Positions 25,652 through 32,000 of a stretch of DNA of 32,000 nucleotides are shown here, one piece after another. Origin of the DNA: Candidatus Saccharimonadota bacterium (GTDB taxonomy: Bacteria; Patescibacteriota; Saccharimonadia; Saccharimonadales; UBA4665); assembly GCA_002952755.1 (NCBI GenBank), contig CP025011.1, forward strand, positions 330,001-362,000, written 5' to 3'. Made by a program: the position numbers and the translations under genes. Positions within the stretch are counted from its first letter, which is position 1. Every line of letters begins with the position of its first letter. The notes under the pieces were generated by a model, which did not search any database, had not been told where the DNA came from, and saw nothing but the letters and a program-made list of their open reading frames with translations.

Positions 25652-26188
25652 ATGAGAAGGGCAGTCTTTTTGGATCGTGACGGAACGGTCAACATTGGCA
25701 CGCCGACCTACGAGCGTGTCGACTCGCTAGATAAAGTCCGGTTGTTACCGCATACCCTTGAGGCGCTGGCATTACTCGCCAGCCTTAAGTATGCAATCTT
25801 TTTCGTCTCCAACCAGGCGGGTTTAGCCGAAGGGCTTATTACCTGGGACGATTTCGAAGCAATTAACAATAAGATCTTGGAGCTAATTCGTCCCAGCGGC
25901 GTTACTGTCCTGAAATCGTATGTCTGCCCTCATGGTGAAAACGCTACCTGCGACTGCCGCAAGCCAAAGCCAAAACTACTGTTTGATGCCGCAAAAGAAT
26001 TCGGCATCGATCTTAAACAATCCTGGATGATTGGCGATCGCCCTTCGGACGTTATGACCGGCATCAATGCCGGTACTAAAGCTATCTTGGTAAAAACGGG
26101 CGTCCCGACGGTTGAGAGCCGGGAAGCGATCTACACGGCTCCTTCCTTGCTCGAAGCAGTGCAGTATATCGCGAAAGACACCAAGTAG
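25652..26188 (+). CDS. gmhB: HAD-IIIA phosphatase, D,D-heptose 1,7-bisphosphate phosphatase (GmhB)-like
   Basis: Motifs FLDRDGTVN, Zn-site-like CPHGENATCDCRKP, and GDRPSD. TGCTACACT lies 6 nt upstream of the ATG. Confidence 0.75.
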   Translation: MRRAVFLDRDGTVNIGTPTYERVDSLDKVRLLPHTLEALALLASLKYAIFFVSNQAGLAEGLITWDDFEAINNKILELIRPSGVTVLKSYVCPHGENATCDCRKPKPKLLFDAAKEFGIDLKQSWMIGDRPSDVMTGINAGTKAILVKTGVPTVESREAIYTAPSLLEAVQYIAKDTK

Positions 26189-26197
26189 TAGTTGGCA

Positions 26198-27793
26198 TTA
26201 TTCTCCTGGGGACTCAGCTTCAGGTATGAGTTCTTCAAGTTTGCCTATTACTCTTTGTGGGTGGCTTTCAGATGCCTGAGGGCTGTGTGAAATCATTACG
26301 GCGCCCGCGTCAAGAGCTTCCTGTTTAGGAAGGCTTAATATTTCTAAAGCATCATCGCCTACTGCTGCGTACGTGCCATTGTCGACGTCAATAGATTCGG
26401 CAATGACCACAATCTGGCCCCTAAAGTTTCCTATGCATGCAAAGTAGGTGCGCCTTCGTTTCCCTAAAGCACCTTGCTCTGTACGGAATATCTCGGCTTC
26501 AAGTATTTCGCCGATAGTATGGAGGTCAAGCAGGCGCTGTACGGCATCTGTTTTGTCTGCAGTAGGCCTTCCTTCTGACGCTTCTAGTTCTGAGGCTACA
26601 ATTTTTTCGAAGAATTCTTGAGGCGATACAACCTGTGTGCCATCGGTGGGGAGAATAACTCGATCTAAGTGCCGGGTAATCCGCTTCTCTAGCTCCGCAA
26701 GACGCGCCCGCGCTGCACCACGAGTAGCGAGTTCTTCGGGCGTGGTAGTGATGGGATCAACTTCCGTCTGAACCTCGGTTGGAGTTACAGCTTCAGGCGC
26801 AGCCGCTATGCCATGAAGGCTCAATAGCGCATCTGGGGAAGCATACCCCAGGGACGTGAAGACTGTTTGCATATCCTCCAAGAAGGTGTGCATCTGCACC
26901 AGGAGATTGTCTGCTCTCGTTGCTAGGGTCTGCATGTATTCAGGTGGGCCTTTTCTTTTCTTAGGACTTCGTGGGTTGGCGTATTCTTGGAAGATGTCGC
27001 GGATATTTTCAATGAGGTTTAGCTTAGCGCCAAGGTCTGTGGTGTAGAGCGAGGCATTGTATTGCTCAAATAGCCTGTAGGCACGTCTCCCTTGTGCGTC
27101 GCCTAGTCTGCCGAGTTCCCGTACATTGCCAATACCAAAGGCAGCAAGTTCAAAGTTAGCAATGCGCAGAAAGGTTTCAAAGCGATCCAATAATATTGTT
27201 TCGGACAGGTCGCCAAACCCTTTGCTATAGAGGTACTGACTTATTTCGATGGGGGATAGTTGTTCTGGGAAATCTTCTTCTGGATAAGAGTGGGTAAGAT
27301 TCAAAGCCGCTAGAGTATTGGTTTCCTTTGATGGTCTGACTCGCATATATGGGGCGTAGTGATAGTACATTTGAGATAGGATACTGCCCGAGACCCGTGC
27401 AGCGTACAGGCTAGGACCTGGGTTGAGGGCTAAGAGCTGTAGATTCTCCCGCACTTCATTAGATGTTAATCTAGCGTTCCAATCGTGGTCATAAGTGAAG
27501 CCTGTCGTTGATTTTCGCCCTGCGAAGTCTTTATCTGCAACAGCCCTGTAGTCTTGATCAAAGTCGTGTGCTGTCGCCGGCCGACCTTTGGCACGAATAA
27601 CTTCTAATGCCCCATCCAAAACGGGCAACCCTGTGGCATAGAGAGCGCCTATATCTCGTCCATATGCTTCTGCAATGCTCGGGTCAAATGGAAATGTGTC
27701 GAAGAATTCCCTCAATACGGTGCTTTCTATAGCGCCGCTATCCCTATCCGTAAACGTATACTTCGCAACTACGTCTGATTGATCCTTTTCCAT
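26198..27793 (-). CDS. hypothetical protein (531 aa orphan)
   Basis: A long uninterrupted ORF. TGATATATT lies 8 nt upstream of the ATG. No motif was recognised. Confidence 0.7.
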   Translation of the reverse strand: MEKDQSDVVAKYTFTDRDSGAIESTVLREFFDTFPFDPSIAEAYGRDIGALYATGLPVLDGALEVIRAKGRPATAHDFDQDYRAVADKDFAGRKSTTGFTYDHDWNARLTSNEVRENLQLLALNPGPSLYAARVSGSILSQMYYHYAPYMRVRPSKETNTLAALNLTHSYPEEDFPEQLSPIEISQYLYSKGFGDLSETILLDRFETFLRIANFELAAFGIGNVRELGRLGDAQGRRAYRLFEQYNASLYTTDLGAKLNLIENIRDIFQEYANPRSPKKRKGPPEYMQTLATRADNLLVQMHTFLEDMQTVFTSLGYASPDALLSLHGIAAAPEAVTPTEVQTEVDPITTTPEELATRGAARARLAELEKRITRHLDRVILPTDGTQVVSPQEFFEKIVASELEASEGRPTADKTDAVQRLLDLHTIGEILEAEIFRTEQGALGKRRRTYFACIGNFRGQIVVIAESIDVDNGTYAAVGDDALEILSLPKQEALDAGAVMISHSPQASESHPQRVIGKLEELIPEAESPGE

Positions 27794-28036
27794 GAAGGCT
27801 TAATATATCACATGAATTTGAGATTGGATGTACGTATGCTGGTAGGTATTCTAACCATCTTTGTGACCCAAACGTGTATCCTTCCTACTTCTGTCACTCT
27901 TATGCTACATCTACTTCAACATCCGTACCCACTTAAGCATGTGAATATTCGGCGTATATACCCTTAAACGTCACCGTGATGCATACGAGAAGAGCGAGCA
28001 ACTTCCACACCACTGACCACATGATAAAATAAAAGC

Positions 28037-28264
28037 ATGCTTATACAGCATGCAGCTTTTTTAGGGTTTTCAGGAATTTTGATCATCCTGCCCCTTGCGT
28101 TGATTGCGGCGATGTTCGCCTTCGAAATAGTCATGATTATAAGTGCCTGGCAGAATCCGTATATTTCATCCAACACTAGGCTACTCTGGGTGATAGGTAT
28201 GCTGTTTGTTCATCCCTTGGTAGCTATCGCGTATTATTTTACCGACTACAAGAAGACACAATAG
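28037..28264 (+). CDS. small membrane protein, PLDc_N-like
   Basis: Two hydrophobic helices. The C-terminal pattern RLLWVIGMLFVHPLVAIAYYFTDYKK resembles the PLD-nuclease N-terminal domain family. TGATAAAAT lies 6 nt upstream of the ATG. Confidence 0.55.
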   Translation: MLIQHAAFLGFSGILIILPLALIAAMFAFEIVMIISAWQNPYISSNTRLLWVIGMLFVHPLVAIAYYFTDYKKTQ

Positions 28265-28297
28265 GCTCGCTGCCGTTATGGCGATTTTACTAATAAC

Positions 28298-28879
28298 ATG
28301 AAAGCCGCCCGAATCCTACTCATAGGTCAGATGATACTACTGCTATCGTTAGTGGTCTGTGTTTTTCTGATGCCGCACTTTTTGTTTGAGGCTAATGAAG
28401 GTGGGGTGAGCAATTATGGCACCTATGCTAGAACAGTCGTTCCGTTTACAGTAGGATTTTTAGCCAGCGGTCTATCGATGATCATCGCCGCCGGGTCCCT
28501 GCCAAAACAAATACAAGCCTATCGCAAGCTGTATCGGGTACTTGCGTTGCTGGGGGTACTCACACTGGTTGTGCTGCTCACCACCTATCCTTACCAGCTC
28601 AATGCCTTGCTGGGAACTATCCATTCGTACACCAGCATGGCATTAGTTATCGCTGAAACGATTGCCTCAATCTGGTTCGCCTGGATACTGGTTACTGACC
28701 TACCAAATAAGCTCTTATTTGCTCTGCAATTCCTAGGTTTTATGCTAGGAGTTCTAACATATCTCGGTTTAACACATGTACTTTTTATTGCCGAATCACT
28801 AGCCAGCTTGGGCTTTGGAGGGCTTATGGTAAGAACTGCATGGGTCCGGTCACGGTTTGCGGCGGATTCTGATATTTAG
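28298..28879 (+). CDS. polytopic membrane protein (about 6 TM), unknown family
   Basis: 193-codon ORF made almost entirely of hydrophobic segments. Confidence 0.6.
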   Translation: MKAARILLIGQMILLLSLVVCVFLMPHFLFEANEGGVSNYGTYARTVVPFTVGFLASGLSMIIAAGSLPKQIQAYRKLYRVLALLGVLTLVVLLTTYPYQLNALLGTIHSYTSMALVIAETIASIWFAWILVTDLPNKLLFALQFLGFMLGVLTYLGLTHVLFIAESLASLGFGGLMVRTAWVRSRFAADSDI

Positions 28880-29177
28880 AGGGTCTCGTCCCCCAAAGTA
28901 TCGCGGCTTCAGCGAGCGCCGCAGCAATTTCTACCCCTCCCAATACTTCTTGTCCATGTTCATGTTCTTCAAGTGCGAGGTGTGGCGTCACAGTATTCCC
29001 AGTCTCATCTATATACGATTTTACTGGTTGTATATCATGTAACGTCATCAGGGCATTGGCTTCCGTATACACTCCAAAGAATCCGAGAGCAAGCGTCCCG
29101 ATTCCTAACCATCCGCGCTTACCGATTCCGCGACGAGTGGGAGGAGGGGGATAGGTATTTGGCCTGTTTGTACTCAT
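28824..29177 (-). CDS. hypothetical single-pass membrane protein with Pro-rich N-terminus
   Basis: ATG 29177 (MSTNRPNTYPPPP...) lies 7 nt after a full promoter. The helix is WLGIGTLALGFFGVY. The 3' end overlaps the convergent gene by 56 nt. Confidence 0.5.
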   Translation of the reverse strand: MSTNRPNTYPPPPTRRGIGKRGWLGIGTLALGFFGVYTEANALMTLHDIQPVKSYIDETGNTVTPHLALEEHEHGQEVLGGVEIAAALAEAAILWGTRPSKYQNPPQTVTGPMQFLP

Positions 29178-29184
29178 AAGGTCA

Positions 29185-29213
29185 ATTCTAACACTTAAGG
29201 GCCATAATGTCAA
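29185..29213 (-). promoter_or_regulatory. consensus-like promoter (minus strand)
   Basis: Minus strand reads TTGACA (complement of 29208-29213), 17-nt spacer, TGTTAGAAT (-10 is the complement of 29185-29190), then 7 nt to the ATG. Confidence 0.6.
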
Positions 29214-29293
29214 GGGCTATCTATGTTTCATGTATGGTCCGGCGTGGTAGTGGTTTCTTTATTTTTAAAGCAGGTACGCCCATACTGTCATCT

Positions 29294-29836
29294 ATGATGT
29301 ATATCGCTTTGCTCCGCGGCATTAATGTTGGCGGCCATACAGTACGGATGGATTATTTGCGCCAACTGTTTGCCGAACTGGGCTTTCAAAATGTCCGGAC
29401 GTATATTCAGAGTGGGAATGTCTTTTTCGAAACGGACGAAGCAAACGATGAAGCTTTGGCGGAGAAGATCGAGACGCATCTGCACCAAACGTTGGGCTAT
29501 GACGTACCTGTCTTTGTACGCACCGTAGACGAAGTAGAGAAATTAATTGCCCTCGACCCATTTAATAAGATAGTCCCACAACCCGACCTGCGTTTTTGCA
29601 TCGTCTTTACAAATAGCACCATCCCTAAAGGCCTGAAATTGCCCATTACAACGCCCAAGCAAGATATGGAAATAATAGGCGTTACTGAGCATGAAGCTTT
29701 CGTAGTGTGGCACATTGTGAACGGCCGTCCGCCATCACCCCCTAAGAACTTTTTTAAAGACACGATTGGCAACGTCAACACTTCGCGCTTCTTTCATACG
29801 ACGGTAAAGATCCTGGAAGCCGCCCGAAAAGCCTAA
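29294..29836 (+). CDS. DUF1697-family protein
   Basis: MMYIALLRGINVGGHTVRM...VRTYIQSGNVFF is the typical DUF1697 N-terminus. CATACT lies 7 nt upstream of ATG 29294. Confidence 0.8.
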   Translation: MMYIALLRGINVGGHTVRMDYLRQLFAELGFQNVRTYIQSGNVFFETDEANDEALAEKIETHLHQTLGYDVPVFVRTVDEVEKLIALDPFNKIVPQPDLRFCIVFTNSTIPKGLKLPITTPKQDMEIIGVTEHEAFVVWHIVNGRPPSPPKNFFKDTIGNVNTSRFFHTTVKILEAARKA

Positions 29837-29864
29837 TAATACAACGCTATCTTTACCGCTATAC

Positions 29865-30461
29865 ATGCAAATGTATGATATAGTAGCTCTCCATATGGCG
29901 CTTGAGATACCTATATCAGATGACTTTGTACGTGCCGAGTTGGTCTTCGACTATCCGCTGGGCACTCTAACATCTGATGGGGAAGTTGTTGCCCTAAATG
30001 AACCCCAACGTTTTACGTTGTTATCTGTAGTGAACGGTTTAGAGAAGGCTGTCTTAGCAGATCGGTCCGTAGCTGAAGGGGCAAGAGTGGCTTTTGACCG
30101 GGAGAGCTGGCTGCCTTCAGACGAAGCTGCAGCAGAGATTTTTGAGGCGCACCGACCTCATCGGCGCTATCTGCGCGGCATTGAGGGGTTGCGTACCTAT
30201 TTAGCCGAAGTGCAGGCGCAGGAGACGGACAGCCCCGAGCCGCTCTATCCCCATCAAGAGCAGGGCCTAAGAGACATTATTGGAGATCTTGAATCTCATG
30301 ATCCTTTTGCTGAGTCAACGCAAGGGGCATATTTTAATGTTGCCGGTGGGGGCGGTAAGAGCCGGATGATTGCGATGACCGCGGCAGGCTTTAAGCGATG
30401 TGAGGATCCCAGGGATCCCAACCGGGTATTGATTATCGCCGGTGATAGAACAGGGGGTTAA
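29865..30461 (+). CDS. SF2 (DEAD/DEAH, type III restriction Res-like) helicase, N-terminal fragment
   Basis: YPHQEQG (Q-motif-like) and the Walker A motif VAGGGGKSR. The frame ends at TAA 30459-30461, just after a G5 run. Confidence 0.7.
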   Translation: MQMYDIVALHMALEIPISDDFVRAELVFDYPLGTLTSDGEVVALNEPQRFTLLSVVNGLEKAVLADRSVAEGARVAFDRESWLPSDEAAAEIFEAHRPHRRYLRGIEGLRTYLAEVQAQETDSPEPLYPHQEQGLRDIIGDLESHDPFAESTQGAYFNVAGGGGKSRMIAMTAAGFKRCEDPRDPNRVLIIAGDRTGG

Positions 30462-31773
30462 AGAATTGCGGGGTGCGGATGGTGCAAGCGGCTTAGGCAA
30501 GTATGCGCCCCATCTCAAACCGGGAATAGTCGACAAAGATCATAAGCAAGGCAACGAAGAGGTAGTGATTACTACTCCTCAATCAGTGCTTGCGATGCTC
30601 AAAGCAGATCCAGAATCGTTAGAGGCCTACGACATTATCTTAAGTGACGAAACACAAGGGCTACTCGGGGAGGTTACTCAGGCTGCATTTAGCGGAGTTA
30701 AGCGCCGCACGTACGGATTCACCGGTTCGCCTAGCCTAAGTCGTAAGAGGAGTGTATCCGACTTCCTACAATATGAAATCGGTACTCTTGAGAGGCGGGA
30801 GCTTGTTGTGAGTGGCAACGGGTCGCCGGTGCAACATTGGATTTGCCGGACAGGCGAAACGGTATATCGCGACAGCTCTGAGGGTGATTTTACTCAGGCC
30901 GAGCGAGCTCGTGTTGCAAACAGCAACATACGTCATCAGCTGGCTGCCGACATCGGTAGGGCATTTTTAAGGGATGGCCGGCGGGTTGCCTTCTCATGTA
31001 ACACCATCGATGAGGCTAATGCGTTCGCTGAGATGATGAGCGAACCTATTGATCTGCCCGACGGAAGTCAGCTCTCAGTCAAGACGGTATCTGTGCATGG
31101 TGGTAAGACAGATAATCACGAAACATTCCGTGCTTTGCAGGCAGGCGAGATCCAGGCCGTTACCTTCGTAGATATACATACTGGGTGGAACGTACCGGCC
31201 CTTTCCTGTATGGTCAACTTACGTGTAACAAATTCAGAAATGATAGCTGGCCAGCGTGCGGCTCGGACGTCGCGACGTACATACGACGAGCAGGGCAATC
31301 TGATTACCGCGCAGATTGTCGACTTAAGTGATACCGTCAAGGTCGGTCGCCGAGAAACAGGTAAAGCTCTGCGGTTTAGAAGGGGGCAGATCTTGTCTCC
31401 CGCCCTTTTTGGGGAAACCACTTATAGCGCCGGCAAAGTAATCGCCGATCCGCGTACTGATGGCATGCGTAGAGATTTTAGACTAGACCAGTTCCCCCCT
31501 CACATCCAAAAGCTAGTTATGGCTGTGAGTGGCGCTAGCCTCGTCAATATTCCTGTTTTTGAAGTGCACGCCAGTCGCAAAGAGGTGGCGCCCGAGGGCT
31601 TTGTAACTCGATTCGAGGCGGCCTATGGGATCGGAGTAACGGCGACGCAATTAGTGATTGGCCTGGAGGCTATAGGCAAGACGACTGCGAGGTATATAGA
31701 TGAGGAGACAATGGACGGACTTGAGAAACATTTCGAGGATAAAGGGCGCCGAGTCTTGCGCGGCCTGCCTTAG
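30442..31773 (+). CDS. SF2 helicase, C-terminal fragment (in the +1 frame relative to the N-terminal fragment)
   Basis: Motif II-like IILSDETQG, motif III-like GFTGSP, motif VI-like GQRAARTSRR. The frame is open from 30433. Confidence 0.7.
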   Translation: MIEQGVKELRGADGASGLGKYAPHLKPGIVDKDHKQGNEEVVITTPQSVLAMLKADPESLEAYDIILSDETQGLLGEVTQAAFSGVKRRTYGFTGSPSLSRKRSVSDFLQYEIGTLERRELVVSGNGSPVQHWICRTGETVYRDSSEGDFTQAERARVANSNIRHQLAADIGRAFLRDGRRVAFSCNTIDEANAFAEMMSEPIDLPDGSQLSVKTVSVHGGKTDNHETFRALQAGEIQAVTFVDIHTGWNVPALSCMVNLRVTNSEMIAGQRAARTSRRTYDEQGNLITAQIVDLSDTVKVGRRETGKALRFRRGQILSPALFGETTYSAGKVIADPRTDGMRRDFRLDQFPPHIQKLVMAVSGASLVNIPVFEVHASRKEVAPEGFVTRFEAAYGIGVTATQLVIGLEAIGKTTARYIDEETMDGLEKHFEDKGRRVLRGLP

Positions 31774-32000
31774 AGTAAGTGGTGTAGCCGGTCGCTGAAG
31801 CTGGCCGGTTTGTTGCCCTGGCAGGCGGCTGGGTCTTTGCCAACATCGTAGGTAGCGGCAGAGGTCGACACGTGGCCGTATTCCTTTTGCAAGGTACTGC
31901 TAGAGGTATTGCCGTAGTCAACGACCAAGCGGTCTTTATCGTGAATCACTTCGTTGCTGATGTCCTGAAAAGCGTGGCTGTTGATAAGGTATTGTACCTG
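31770..32000 (-). CDS. 3' end of a gene that continues beyond the window (hypothetical)
   Basis: 77 stop-free codons in frame with the window edge (...NSHAFQDISNEVIHDKDRLVVDYGNTSSSTLQKEYGH...LHHLL*). The stop is the complement of 31770-31772. This ORF is not in the track because no start codon lies inside the window. Confidence 0.5.
   Translation of the reverse strand, partial: QVQYLINSHAFQDISNEVIHDKDRLVVDYGNTSSSTLQKEYGHVSTSAATYDVGKDPAACQGNKPASFSDRLHHLL

Noticed and set aside
31670-31921. Minus-strand ORF 31670..31921 from the track.
   Set aside because: It overlaps the helicase 3' end and has a poor composition. A different minus-strand frame is open all the way to the window edge (31770..32000) and looks more protein-like.
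1-32000. CRISPR arrays, rRNA genes, transposases, integrases, and alternative genetic codes (UGA recoding).
   Set aside because: No regularly spaced repeats and no recombinase or transposase motifs were seen. Long ORFs terminate normally with all three stop codons, which is consistent with code 11.

Overview
The window is a bacterial chromosomal segment in the standard genetic code. GC is about 50% by eye and clearly mosaic: hand counts of single 60-nt lines range from 42% to 67%. I call about 40 protein genes and one tRNA. No rRNA, CRISPR array, integrase or transposase is visible.

Gene content, left to right:
- 1-6 kb: an accessory-looking region next to tRNA-Gly(GCC). It holds two small beta-sandwich-like orphans, a phage-tailspike-like beta-helix protein and two GC-rich orphans. 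These modules are separated by related terminator-containing repeats.
- 6-20 kb: mostly recognisable housekeeping or accessory enzymes. They are a secreted SGNH lipase, an alpha/beta hydrolase, a GH37 trehalase, a PhzF-family isomerase, a DHA2 MFS pump with a TetR regulator, an IMPase-family protein, a HAD-like protein, an EEP-family protein, alanine racemase, a CsoR/RcnR-family repressor with a DUF4396 membrane protein, and an SGNH hydrolase.
- 20-32 kb: an acidic small ORF plus an MvdD/MdnC-type ATP-grasp ligase, an HD phosphohydrolase, a GNAT-like plus nucleotidyltransferase-like pair, several orphans, Hsp20, a GmhB-like HAD-IIIA phosphatase, small membrane proteins, DUF1697, and an SF2 helicase split by a frameshift.

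Main second-look items:
1. The two-gene graspetide-like RiPP locus at 20.4-21.8 kb is the most system-like candidate.
2. At least 16 genes have a -10 box (often TGn-extended) placed 6-8 nt upstream of the ATG with no Shine-Dalgarno sequence. This implies leaderless mRNAs, and I used it to refine start codons.
3. The tRNA-Gly carries a compensated U19:A56 elbow pair in place of G19:C56.
4. A family of intergenic repeats brackets cassette-like modules downstream of the tRNA.
5. The helicase frame is broken at a G5 run.

All functional calls rest on motifs read by eye. No database search was possible.
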